From positions 1,216,001 to 1,280,000 of the forward strand of contig OZ242320.1 in the NCBI GenBank assembly GCA_965208125.1: 64,000 nucleotides of DNA, written 5' to 3'. Shown piece by piece: positions 45,628 through 55,534 of this stretch (within the stretch, counting starts at the first letter, position 1; each line of letters begins with the position of its first letter). Source of the DNA: Candidatus Latescibacterota bacterium (GTDB lineage: Bacteria; Latescibacterota; UBA2968). The position numbers and the translations under genes are program-made. The notes below the pieces were generated by a model. The model saw nothing but the letters and a program-made list of their open reading frames with translations, did not search any database and was not told the DNA's origin.

Positions 45628-48102
45628 CTAATGCGGTATCCCCAACTGATGCATCCTTCGGTGAATCGCTGCACGGGCTTCGACAAAGGGACGTTCCAGG
45701 TACGCGAGATGGTCCAACTCGCCGTGATGGTGCGTCGCCGTACCGAGATCGTGCCGGGCAGCGGTCTGACGGATGTACGCCAGATCGCCATCGATAAGCG
45801 TCAGCATATACTGCGCAGCCTCCAGATCGAACATCCACCACTCGCCACCGCAAGCGATATAAATCGGCGACGTATGGGCGAAAATCCCCCGTCCCCAGCC
45901 ATCGTGATGGGGAACACTGGTATAATTGGGACCGGCACATCGGGCGGCAATCCACGTATGCCCATCCACCTTCACCTTCGCCTTCAACGCCAGTCGCCGC
46001 GCACCTTTATTATCTTCCGTCGAAGCAACAACGCGCCCTGCCTGAACGATCTCGAGCGTATGAATCGGGAAAATACTCTCCGCCCATGCTTCAACCTCCA
46101 CCGTACCAGCTCCCGACAACTGCATTGTATCGCCAACCTGGTGTCCATCCGCGGTGAGATGAATGATGGGACCACCGCTGTGAAATGTTCGCCCCTGCGA
46201 CACACTTTTGCACCAATTATCGTAGGTAAACTCCTCATCGGGCAAATAGGCATACGTGCGGTAAATACCAACGGGCACATCGCTACTCATCTTATCCGTC
46301 CCGCCAACCAGCGGCAAGCGGTAGCCGCAGTTGAGATAGCGGTAGTATTCCAGATGGTTAAACGGCGCATGACGCAGCATCTCCACGCCATCCACGCGAC
46401 CAGTAGCAATCAGTGCCGCAGGCTCACCATTCGGATTTGGAAGATGCGGAATAATAACCGAGCCACCCTGCGCGTGACACTGATCCGCCCAATCACTCAT
46501 CGTGATCTCCAGCGTACCACCCAGTTCGGACTCACCGGGACCATCACTGCACCACGGCATCACCGGCTCTTTGAGACCCCACAGAATGAGATGCCCCAAA
46601 AAGTGCTGCCTATTCTCCTGACCGACATAGACGATATTATTCCCATCTTGCGAGATACTCGGTCGTCCCGTAAAATCCTCCGTATTGGTAAAAAGATTGC
46701 CCCACTGCGACGGAAGCAAATTAACGATATTGAGATCCTCTCCCTGGGACTCCGTATGACTGCCCTGTGTCGAGAGAAAGTGAACGTGCGAATCCCCGCT
46801 GTACCATCCCCCCTCGTTCATGTGAATCCATCGCTTGAGACGCAAAGTCAGTTCGCGTTGACCCGGTTGGATCTTCACCCGCGTCCGCAACGGCTCATAC
46901 TCGAATCCCCGGGCGACATCCACGATAACCTCACCGCGCGGCAACCACCCCTGGCAACGACCGTCGATATACGCATAAGTGATTTGTCCAAGCCGAAGAT
47001 CTCCGCCAATATCAATATGCCAGCTATCGAGATTGGAATTGACCTGATTGTGATGCCCATAAGGCTGATAGGGAATCCCTTCCGGCGAGCGGAAATGAAC
47101 GCGGCAGGGGATGGGTTTACCCGTATCGTCATCGAGAACAGTAACGTGAACCCAGTTCCGTCCCCGGTCCAGGAGTTCCACACGCATGCGCGGGGTCTCA
47201 ACCACCTTCTTCTCCTCGACATCACCCCACTTGACCTCGCCCACCTTTTCCTCGCCCTGCTTCACCGTCATCGTAGCCGACGAAGTGGCAGCGACCTCGA
47301 CATAAGCCGGACTCGATTTGGGATTCTGCGCCTCTCCCCAGCCAGCGAAATCATCATTGATAAAATCATCGGCAGACGCTTCGGGCAGTGGATGAACATA
47401 AGTTGCCGTCCCCCGATCCACCTCCACGCTAAGATCAAACGCTTTTTCCGCATCTTCGGGATGGGTCAGGATCAGACGCGCTTCGCGCTTCCCGTGTCGC
47501 ACAAAGGGATACTCGTCCAGATGCGAAAGCGTAACACCCGCGATAATAAAACGCGGACCACCCGGGATAATCTCCAGCGACTCGACCGTGCGATCCGGTT
47601 GAGGATTCTCCCACGCCCACAAAAAATAACCGCGTGCCGACCCGCGCGACACCTCGGTCTGACGTCGCCCCATATCCGCCCATCTCCCTTCGTAACGCGG
47701 CAATAGCTGGTCGTTCTGGTCCGGAAGAGCGAGAAAGGGCGCACCGCCGCTGGATAAATGTGCAATCTCAAAACGCTCACGGACGGGAATACGAAATTCT
47801 TCACCCTCCGCCATCCGAAACAGATAATGCGCCACGGTCTCCCCCAACGGGCCGCCCTCCATCAGATCGGAATCCAACAGGCGATGGGCAATAATCACGC
47901 GGCGTGCCGACTCATTGATCGGAATCGTCACGCGACCAGAAGCCTCATCCAGCGCGATAAAACAATTCGAACCGTCGTCATTTACCAAAAACGGCAAACC
48001 GCGGAATAATTGTTTGCCTATAGGGGCATTCGCATTGGCGCCCAGAACTTCAAGCCCTGCATTGCACAACGCCGACAAATCGAGAGGTTGATAGTCTGCC
48101 AT
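45628..48102 (-). CDS. CehA/McbA-family metallohydrolase (PHP-like)
   Basis: GWYSGDSHVH, GQENRQH.LGH, LNCGYRLP..GGTD and FAHTSPIY motifs. Confidence 0.8.
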   Translation of the reverse strand: MADYQPLDLSALCNAGLEVLGANANAPIGKQLFRGLPFLVNDDGSNCFIALDEASGRVTIPINESARRVIIAHRLLDSDLMEGGPLGETVAHYLFRMAEGEEFRIPVRERFEIAHLSSGGAPFLALPDQNDQLLPRYEGRWADMGRRQTEVSRGSARGYFLWAWENPQPDRTVESLEIIPGGPRFIIAGVTLSHLDEYPFVRHGKREARLILTHPEDAEKAFDLSVEVDRGTATYVHPLPEASADDFINDDFAGWGEAQNPKSSPAYVEVAATSSATMTVKQGEEKVGEVKWGDVEEKKVVETPRMRVELLDRGRNWVHVTVLDDDTGKPIPCRVHFRSPEGIPYQPYGHHNQVNSNLDSWHIDIGGDLRLGQITYAYIDGRCQGWLPRGEVIVDVARGFEYEPLRTRVKIQPGQRELTLRLKRWIHMNEGGWYSGDSHVHFLSTQGSHTESQGEDLNIVNLLPSQWGNLFTNTEDFTGRPSISQDGNNIVYVGQENRQHFLGHLILWGLKEPVMPWCSDGPGESELGGTLEITMSDWADQCHAQGGSVIIPHLPNPNGEPAALIATGRVDGVEMLRHAPFNHLEYYRYLNCGYRLPLVGGTDKMSSDVPVGIYRTYAYLPDEEFTYDNWCKSVSQGRTFHSGGPIIHLTADGHQVGDTMQLSGAGTVEVEAWAESIFPIHTLEIVQAGRVVASTEDNKGARRLALKAKVKVDGHTWIAARCAGPNYTSVPHHDGWGRGIFAHTSPIYIACGGEWWMFDLEAAQYMLTLIDGDLAYIRQTAARHDLGTATHHHGELDHLAYLERPFVEARAAIHRRMHQLGIPH

Positions 48103-48135
48103 AACAGGTATCCTTTCTTTATGGGTGTCTATATC

Positions 48136-49824
48136 TCACAAAAAATCCAGATCCGCACCGAGGTGAGCGGGCAAAACGCATTTGGCATACAGGTGTCGCC
48201 ATCCGCGCTCTGGAATTGGCGCAGGAACAAAAGCCTCGCGGCGACGCGCAAGCTCTGCCTCATTGACCAGCAAATCAATGCGGCGTTCTCTTGCATTCAA
48301 CTCAACCATATCGCCATCGCGCACAAAAGCAAGCGGTCCCCCTGTCGCCGCCTCGGGAGAACAGTGCAACACCACCGTGCCATAAGACGTCCCACTCATA
48401 CGCGCATCGGAAATCCGCACCATATCTTTGACCCCTCTCTGCGCCAGATATTTGGGAATAGGCAAAGACCCCGCCTCCGGAAACCCATCGCCCACGGGCC
48501 CGGCATTCCGCAAAATCATCACATGATCCGGCGTAATATTGAGAGAGGGATCATCAATCCGCGCAGACGCATCCTCAGCAGAATCAAAAACAACCGCGGG
48601 ACCCCGGTGCGCGAGCAATTCAGGAGACGCCGCAGCAACCTTCAGCACAGCCCCATCCGGCGCCAGATTGCCGCGAACCACAATCAGCGCGCCCGTAGCA
48701 CCAAGAGGATCGTCCAGCGTGCGAATAGTACTTTGCCAAGACTGAGGGGGTTGAACCGTCTTCAAATAATCGCCCAACGCCTGCCCTGTAATCGTCGGCA
48801 CAGAACAATCCAGCAAAGACGCCAGCGCCTTGAGCAACGCAGGAACACCACCCGCATCGTGAAAATCCTCCATATAACCCACACCTGAGGGCTTGCAATC
48901 CACGAGCAAAGGCACCTGTTGCGACACCTCGTGCATATCCTCAAGAGTAAGCGCGGTCCCCGCCCGCCGTGCAATAGCCAGAAGATGCACAATCGCATTC
49001 GTAGAACCACCCAGCGCGTGGAGCACCGCAAGCGCATTGAGAAAAGACGCCCGCGTAAGCAATTGTACAGGACGCCGTCCCGCGCGGGCAAGAGCAACGG
49101 CCATGCGTCCAGACCGCACACCCACGCGCAATCGATCTCCCGTACCCGAAAGCGGTGTCGCCCCGCCAGAAACCATCAAACCCAGCGTCTCCACCACACT
49201 CGCCATCGTCGAAGCAGTCCCCATAACCATACACGTCCCCGGCGTACTGCAAAGCGACTGCGTCACACCTTCGATTTGCTGCTCATTCAATTCACCAGCG
49301 CGAAATTGCGCCCAATAACGGCGGCAATCTGTACACGCACCCAATCTCTCTCCCTGCCACGAACCGGTTCGCATCGCACCCGACACAACCTGAACAGCGG
49401 GAATATTAGCCGAAGCAGCAGCCATCAATTGCGCTGGCACAGTCTTATCGCACCCCCCCATCAGCACCACCGCATCCATAGGTTGCGCCCTGATCAGTTC
49501 CTCGGTCTCCATAGACAGCAAATTCCGAAAAAGCATCGTCGTAGGCGAAAAGAAAATTTCATTCAGCGAAATCGTGGGAAACACAAAAGGCAGGCCACCG
49601 CCTTCGAAAACCCCGCGTTTGACTGCCTCGATCAAATCCGACATATGCCCGTGGCAGGGATTATAATCAGAAGCCGTCGAAGCAATGCCAATAACGGGAC
49701 GATCCACATCCTCGCCATCATATCCCGCAGCCGCGAGAAACGCCCTGCGAATATATTTGCTAAATTCCGGATCGCCGTAACTCGTCAAATTCCGGTTAAT
49801 ACCTGTATCTGTCGATTGGGTCAT
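48136..49824 (-). CDS. IlvD/Edd-family dihydroxy-acid (sugar-acid) dehydratase
   Basis: NPCH, GCDKT, MGTASTM, GGSTNA and SDARMSGT motifs. Confidence 0.93.
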   Translation of the reverse strand: MTQSTDTGINRNLTSYGDPEFSKYIRRAFLAAAGYDGEDVDRPVIGIASTASDYNPCHGHMSDLIEAVKRGVFEGGGLPFVFPTISLNEIFFSPTTMLFRNLLSMETEELIRAQPMDAVVLMGGCDKTVPAQLMAAASANIPAVQVVSGAMRTGSWQGERLGACTDCRRYWAQFRAGELNEQQIEGVTQSLCSTPGTCMVMGTASTMASVVETLGLMVSGGATPLSGTGDRLRVGVRSGRMAVALARAGRRPVQLLTRASFLNALAVLHALGGSTNAIVHLLAIARRAGTALTLEDMHEVSQQVPLLVDCKPSGVGYMEDFHDAGGVPALLKALASLLDCSVPTITGQALGDYLKTVQPPQSWQSTIRTLDDPLGATGALIVVRGNLAPDGAVLKVAAASPELLAHRGPAVVFDSAEDASARIDDPSLNITPDHVMILRNAGPVGDGFPEAGSLPIPKYLAQRGVKDMVRISDARMSGTSYGTVVLHCSPEAATGGPLAFVRDGDMVELNARERRIDLLVNEAELARRREAFVPAPIPERGWRHLYAKCVLPAHLGADLDFL

Positions 49825-49831
49825 AGTAAAT

Positions 49832-49926
49832 GAAGTGTGAAGTGTGAAGGAGGAAGTGTGAAATGAGTAGAAGCATCAGCCTTTGGGCGGTTGGGCGGGG
49901 CCTTCTTACTTCTTACTTCTTACTTC
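49832..49926. repeat. Heptamer tandem repeats (GAAGTGT)n and (CTTCTTA)3
   Basis: Directly visible between the dehydratase start and the mutase stop. Confidence 0.75.
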
Positions 49927-51756
49927 CTTTAGCGCGCACTCCGCTGAATCGAGCATGCCATAGATAATCTCCTGGGCGAACTGATCGACATTTTTCCGCG
50001 TCTGAGTCAGATCCTCCCCAGCCAGATCCGCATAATCAGCCGAAGTCGCCGAAACGTAATACTTGATCTTCGGTTCTGTACCAGAAGGCCGAGCTGTTAC
50101 CCGCGTGTACCCTTTCTCCGACAAGGTAAACGCGAGAACATTGCCCGTACTCCCCTCAATTGTCCGCATAGTACCCGTCTGAACATTATGCACAGTATTC
50201 GTCTCGCGATCAATAACCTCAACCACCCTGTACCCACCAATTTCAGCAGGCGGATATTGGCGCAGACCATTCATAGTCTGGGCAATCTCCTCATTGCCCC
50301 GTGCGCCTTCTCGATACGTCGATTTCTGCACCTCGCAAAAATATCCGAATGCGCGATAAATATCATCCAAATAATCCCGCAACGTGCGACCTTGCCTCTT
50401 GAGTTGAGCCGCGCACTCCGCGAGCAAAACCGCAGCAACAGCGGCATCTTTATCGCGCACAAAATCCGTAAACAAATAACCGTGGCTCTCTTCCGTCCCA
50501 AACACAAAAGTCTCATCATCTGCCAGACTATTGATCACATCACCAATATATTTGAATCCAACGAGCAGATTGTCAACAGGTATCAGACCAAAATCCCTCG
50601 CAATAAGACTAATGAGATCTGTCGTAACAATCGTCTTGCACACAATTCCCCTATCGGGCAATTTATCCTGCTCCCTGAGCGAAGTCAAAATATAATAGCA
50701 CAAAATAGCGCCGATCTGATTGCCATTAATCGCGAGATCTTCAGGAGCGGCATCCCAACCCTTCTGCGGATCGGGCAGCGCACAACCCAGACGATCGGCA
50801 TCTGGATCGCTCGCCAGAACAACATCAGCCCGAACCTGTCTTGCCTCTTCAATAGCCAGAGAAAGCGCACCCGGATCTTCGGGATTTGCCACACCCCCTG
50901 CCACTGTAGGAAAATTGCCATCCGGAACATCTTGCGTCTCAACAACGCGCAAATGGGAATACCCCAGATTCTGAAGCGCGGGCACAACACTCGTTGAACC
51001 AACACCGTGTAATGGCGTATATACAACACGTATATCGCGGGCATCGCAAAGGGAAAGATCGACCAGCTTTTCAACATATTGTGCGTCGAGCTTCTCATCG
51101 AGCACCTCAATCAACTCCCGATCCACCCCGTCCGCATAGTCAATTCTATCGAGACGCTTAACAGCACCAACCTCGGCAATAATATTCTTATCGTGCGGCG
51201 GAACCACCTGCCCGCCATCAATCCAGCACGCCTTAAAACCATTATCCGAAGGCGGATTGTGACTCGCGCTAATAACCACACCAGCAACAGCCCCTGTCTG
51301 GCGCAGCGCAAAAGAAAGATGAGGCGTTGCGCGGGGACCGTCAAACAGACGCGCGACAATACCATTACCAGCAATAATCGCAGCCGTCTCCCGCGCGAAA
51401 ACATCCGAATTGTTCCGCGTATCGTACGCAATCACCACACCCATATCTCTGGCATCTTCAATACCCGACTTGAGTATGTACTGTGCCAAACCCTGCGCCG
51501 CCTCTCCAATCGTCCTCAAATTGATCCGATTGGGACCCGGACCCATCTTGCCCCGAATACCCCCCGTGCCAAACTCGATATGGGTGCGAAAAGCATCCTC
51601 AATCTCGTCTATATCTTCATCTTCAATAAGCAATTGAATTTCCGGAACAAAATCGGCAAATTCCGGATCAACAAGCCATTGTGAAAGTCCTTGAAATGCC
51701 GCGGCAGAAATCCTGTTCTCTGCCGCCCAATCTTTGATCTGCTGGTGTATCTTCAT
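49906..51756 (-). CDS. Phosphoglucomutase/phosphomannomutase
   Basis: FGTGGIRG, SASHNP, DPDADR, GTEES.G and RPSGTEPKIK motifs. Confidence 0.95.
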   Translation of the reverse strand: MKIHQQIKDWAAENRISAAAFQGLSQWLVDPEFADFVPEIQLLIEDEDIDEIEDAFRTHIEFGTGGIRGKMGPGPNRINLRTIGEAAQGLAQYILKSGIEDARDMGVVIAYDTRNNSDVFARETAAIIAGNGIVARLFDGPRATPHLSFALRQTGAVAGVVISASHNPPSDNGFKACWIDGGQVVPPHDKNIIAEVGAVKRLDRIDYADGVDRELIEVLDEKLDAQYVEKLVDLSLCDARDIRVVYTPLHGVGSTSVVPALQNLGYSHLRVVETQDVPDGNFPTVAGGVANPEDPGALSLAIEEARQVRADVVLASDPDADRLGCALPDPQKGWDAAPEDLAINGNQIGAILCYYILTSLREQDKLPDRGIVCKTIVTTDLISLIARDFGLIPVDNLLVGFKYIGDVINSLADDETFVFGTEESHGYLFTDFVRDKDAAVAAVLLAECAAQLKRQGRTLRDYLDDIYRAFGYFCEVQKSTYREGARGNEEIAQTMNGLRQYPPAEIGGYRVVEVIDRETNTVHNVQTGTMRTIEGSTGNVLAFTLSEKGYTRVTARPSGTEPKIKYYVSATSADYADLAGEDLTQTRKNVDQFAQEIIYGMLDSAECALKEVRSKK

Positions 51757-51791
51757 AAATACTCCTGTTTATCAGCGATCAGCAGTCAGCT

Positions 51792-51877
51792 AAAAACCTT
51801 CTGGATTGCGGCTCAAAACCCTGCCGCAATGACGATTAGTGCTCGTCACGCCTGCATGCTTAAAGCAGGCGTCCAGG
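51792..51877. repeat. REP-like palindrome pair
   Basis: ctggattgcggc..gccgcaatgac and gtcacgcctgc..gcaggcgtccag in inverted arrangement. Confidence 0.75.
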
Positions 51878-51992
51878 ATGGAGGGTATTTTAACTTTTCA
51901 TTTGTACCATATATTGTCATCTACGCGCCACCGTGTCAAGTGCATAGGCAAAACTACTTGACTTTAACGCTCATTTTTGCCCTATTTTGAAA

Positions 51993-52769
51993 ATGCTCAC
52001 AACAATCCTCATCGCCATTGGCCTTGTGCTGGGTATCCCCCTCGCGATTCTGGTACTCTTCATATTCTTGCCAATCCGCGCAGGTGCAACGGGATACTAC
52101 CGCGAAAATGACTATAACATATCCGGTTTCGCGCGCGGGTGTGCCGGACTATGCGGTATTATCTGCGACATCGACAAAAAGGGAATACAATTGCGCGTCG
52201 TTATCGGACGCTGGACCGCGTGGCGACCCAGAGAAAAACCGCCATCATCAGCCCCAACAACAGAACCCGAAAGAGATACCGCCACCGAACCAAAACGGGA
52301 TAGACCCAAAAAATCATATCCGACAACAAAACCCTCCTATTGGTCGCGTTTGCAAACCCTGCACGCAAAAACAAAACAATACCTGGACTACGCCGCGGAT
52401 GTGCGTCCCATTCTGACGCGATTTATGAAGCGCCTATCAAAAACAATAGCATTTCAACACGCAGAATTGAATCTGGAACTGGGAACAGACGACCCCGCTT
52501 TCACCGGGCGTCTATTTGGATATATCGAAGCGTTCAAGCGCATCTTTGGCAAACGCATCCACATCTCACTCACCCCTGATTTTTTGCAACCGCGCTTTGC
52601 CGGATCGGGAACCTTGAAACTCTCCATTTATCTTCACCGTTTGATATTCGCCGCACTCGCCCTAACTATACGCGGCGGACTCTGGCGCGCAAAAATCTGG
52701 TGGACAAAACGCAAAAACAGGCGCAAAGTTAGGACGGCACAGGGGCCGTCCCCTACGATGATATTGTGA
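51993..52769 (+). CDS. DUF2953-domain (YtfI-like) membrane protein
   Basis: N-terminal TM, LGTDDPAFTG.LFG and TPDF motifs; upstream of a ytfJ homologue. Confidence 0.75.
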   Translation: MLTTILIAIGLVLGIPLAILVLFIFLPIRAGATGYYRENDYNISGFARGCAGLCGIICDIDKKGIQLRVVIGRWTAWRPREKPPSSAPTTEPERDTATEPKRDRPKKSYPTTKPSYWSRLQTLHAKTKQYLDYAADVRPILTRFMKRLSKTIAFQHAELNLELGTDDPAFTGRLFGYIEAFKRIFGKRIHISLTPDFLQPRFAGSGTLKLSIYLHRLIFAALALTIRGGLWRAKIWWTKRKNRRKVRTAQGPSPTMIL

Positions 52770-52838
52770 TTTTTGTAGGGGCGACCCCCTGTGGTCGCCC
52801 GCTGACTGCTGGGACGGCACAGGGGCCGTCCCCTACGG
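52731..52838. repeat. GTAG-type REP/REPIN cluster (3 units)
   Basis: ggacggcacaggggccgtcccctac twice and gtaggggcgaccccctgtggtcgccc. Confidence 0.85.
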
Positions 52839-52872
52839 CTAATTACTGCGACTTTATTTATTGGGAGGCGAC

Positions 52873-53259
52873 ATGGCTATAGAAGACATGGTGCGAACAA
52901 TGTTAAACGAACTGCGTGAAATCGTAAAAACCGAAACCGTAGTAGGCGAACCCGTTGTCGTGGGCGAGGTCACCATCATACCCGTATCCAAAATCTCCTT
53001 TGGATTTGGTGCAGGAGGTGGACAGAGCGAAAAAGACGACGGAAGCAGTGGCACGGGCGGAGGTGGATCTGTGCAACCCGTGGCATTCATCGTCATACAA
53101 AAAGGCAAAGCACAGCTTCTACCCATAGAAGACAAAAGCATGTCCATCGCCGACCTGCTCAAATACGCGCCTGATTTAATTGAAAAAATCAAAGCATTTA
53201 AAGACAAACGAAAAAAACAGAAAGATGGCGAGGAAGGCGACAGCGAAGAAAAAAAATAG
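52873..53259 (+). CDS. YtfJ/GerW family protein
   Basis: TVVGEP....TIIPVSKISFGFGAGGG...GGGG...PVAFIV signature. Confidence 0.9.
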   Translation: MAIEDMVRTMLNELREIVKTETVVGEPVVVGEVTIIPVSKISFGFGAGGGQSEKDDGSSGTGGGGSVQPVAFIVIQKGKAQLLPIEDKSMSIADLLKYAPDLIEKIKAFKDKRKKQKDGEEGDSEEKK

Positions 53260-53265
53260 AACAAT

Positions 53266-55359
53266 ATGCTCTCAAACTTAAACCAGCCCTTGCGAACACT
53301 GCCGGGCATTGGGCCAAAGCGCGAAAAAGTATTGGAAAACGCTGGCATCGCCACCGTGGGCGATCTGCTATTGTATTTGCCCTATCGGTACATAGATCGT
53401 TCTACCGAAGTCGGAATCGCACACCTGCCGCTGGAGCGAGAAGTCACCGCAGTCGGTGAAATCGTAAGCATGCAGACAATCCCCGGCAAGCGTCGGCGAT
53501 TCGTCATGACAGTCGAAGACCAGACCGGATCGGTCGCCTGTACGTGGTTCGGAGGCATTCAATACCTCAAAAACGCATATCGCGCGGGCGACATCGTGGC
53601 ACTCGGGGGAAAATTGACGCGATTCGGGCGCACCCTGCAAATAGTACACCCCGAAATAGAAGTTCTCGCAAACGAAGACGACGACAATCAGCGGCTACAT
53701 ACCGGACGCATCATCCCCCTGTATTCGACCACATCAAAAATGAAAGCAGACCGCCTCACAGCCCGCGCACTCCGCCGTCTCCTATTCGCCGCGCTACGAG
53801 CTATTGGAGATCAGATCGAAGACCCATTGGACAAAAACATACGCAAACGCTGTGGCCTGATGCGCCTGCGAGACGCAATTGAAAAAATCCATTTCCCAGA
53901 CACTACAACGGACATAGACACCGCGCGGCAACGCCTATCATTTGACGAAATCTTCTACATCCAGCTCTATCTGGGACAAGCAAAAAAGCTACGCCAGCGC
54001 ACACCCGGACGCGTACTGACATCCAGCGGTCCCCTGACGCAACAACTCGTGGCGAATCTACCCTTCAAACTAACGCATGCACAAACGCACGCCATTGTAG
54101 AAATCGGCCATGACTTACAACGCCCCGTAGCCATGCACCGCCTGTTGCAGGGCGACGTGGGATCCGGCAAAACCCTGGTCGCCCTCCACGCCATGTTGTG
54201 TGCCGCAGACAGCGGCGCGCAGGCCGCCCTGATGGCCCCCACAGAGATCCTGGCCGAGCAACACGCCCATACCATTCGGGAACTCATCGCACCACTGGGC
54301 TTAGACATAGCACTGGTAACAGGACGCATGCCAAAGGCTCAACGCACCAGAGTGCTGGACGGATTGCGTTCTGGAGAAATAAAAATAGCAGTCGGCACAC
54401 ATGCCCTGTTGCAAAACGACATCGCATTTGCCGACATCGCACTCATCGTCGTCGATGAACAACATCGTTTTGGCGTGGTACAGCGCGCCATGCTGCGTGA
54501 AAAAGGCAACACGCCCCATCTTCTGGTCATGACCGCCACCCCCATACCCAGATCCCTATCGCTGACCCTGTATGGCGATCTGGATGTCACCATCATCGAC
54601 GCCCTGCCGCCCGGTCGCATCCCTGTACGCACGGGATGGCGTTATGCACAGGACCGCGGCCGCGCACTGCAATTTCTGCGTAGCGAACTGCAACAGGGAC
54701 ATCAGGCATATATCGTCTATCCACTCGTATCCGAATCCGAAAAAAGCGACCTGCAAGCCGCCACCGCCGCCTTTGAAGACCTGCAACAAGGCGCACTCTC
54801 CAACTTCCAATTGGGCTTGCTTCACGGCCGCCTAAAACGCGACGAAAAAGAAACCACAATGTCTGCCTTCAGACGCGGCGACCTGGATGCGCTGGTCACG
54901 ACAACAGTCATAGAAGTCGGCGTCGATGTTCCCAATGCCACAGTCATGATGGTCGAACACGCCGAGCGTTTTGGACTATCGCAACTACACCAATTGCGCG
55001 GGCGCGTGGGCCGCGGTCAACATCAATCCTACTGCATCTTAATCGCAGATCCCCAGGAAGGATTATCGGATGACGCGCGTGAACGCCTCGACGCCATGGC
55101 GCGAACAACGGACGGATTCGAAATTTCAGAAGCCGACTTGTGCATCCGGGGACCCGGACATATTTTTGGCACACAACAAGCCGGCTTCCCCAAATTTCAC
55201 TTTGCCGACCTCGCCCGCGATGGCGCCTTAATCACCGCTGCACGCCGAGAAGCACAGACACTCCTGGACCGCAACCCCAATTTGACCGCGCACACTGTTT
55301 TAAGACGAGAATTAGACGCAACCGCGCTCCACGACAGGCAAATTGTGGAAGCGGGGTGA
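53266..55359 (+). CDS. recG: ATP-dependent DNA helicase RecG
   Basis: LQGDVGSGKT, DEQHRFG, MTATPIPR and QLHQLRGRVGRG motifs. Confidence 0.97.
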   Translation: MLSNLNQPLRTLPGIGPKREKVLENAGIATVGDLLLYLPYRYIDRSTEVGIAHLPLEREVTAVGEIVSMQTIPGKRRRFVMTVEDQTGSVACTWFGGIQYLKNAYRAGDIVALGGKLTRFGRTLQIVHPEIEVLANEDDDNQRLHTGRIIPLYSTTSKMKADRLTARALRRLLFAALRAIGDQIEDPLDKNIRKRCGLMRLRDAIEKIHFPDTTTDIDTARQRLSFDEIFYIQLYLGQAKKLRQRTPGRVLTSSGPLTQQLVANLPFKLTHAQTHAIVEIGHDLQRPVAMHRLLQGDVGSGKTLVALHAMLCAADSGAQAALMAPTEILAEQHAHTIRELIAPLGLDIALVTGRMPKAQRTRVLDGLRSGEIKIAVGTHALLQNDIAFADIALIVVDEQHRFGVVQRAMLREKGNTPHLLVMTATPIPRSLSLTLYGDLDVTIIDALPPGRIPVRTGWRYAQDRGRALQFLRSELQQGHQAYIVYPLVSESEKSDLQAATAAFEDLQQGALSNFQLGLLHGRLKRDEKETTMSAFRRGDLDALVTTTVIEVGVDVPNATVMMVEHAERFGLSQLHQLRGRVGRGQHQSYCILIADPQEGLSDDARERLDAMARTTDGFEISEADLCIRGPGHIFGTQQAGFPKFHFADLARDGALITAARREAQTLLDRNPNLTAHTVLRRELDATALHDRQIVEAG

Positions 55360-55364
55360 CTGAT

Positions 55365-55440
55365 CGGGACGGCACAGGGGCCGTCCCCTACGGCAGATTG
55401 TTACATGTGTTGTAGGGGCGACCCCCTGTGGTCGCCCGCT
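55365..55440. repeat. GTAG-type REPIN (2 units)
   Basis: Same two REP units as at 52.7 kb. Confidence 0.85.
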
Positions 55441-55452
55441 GACCGCTAATAG

Positions 55453-55481
55453 TTGACACCCCTATTGTATTATGGTAGATT
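55453..55481 (+). promoter_or_regulatory. Sigma70 promoter of the pfkB-hflKC operon
   Basis: TTGACA-N17-TAGATT. Confidence 0.7.
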
Positions 55482-55534
55482 GATTCGGTTTCATCTGCGG
55501 ATGATCTTTTTCACCATTACCCGGAAACTGACTG

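Noticed and set aside
45631-47706. 691-aa plus-strand ORF (also 48010-48888, 48919-49833, 50188-50997 and 57569-58426)
   Set aside because: Antisense shadows of well-supported genes; no recognisable motifs, explained by codon bias.
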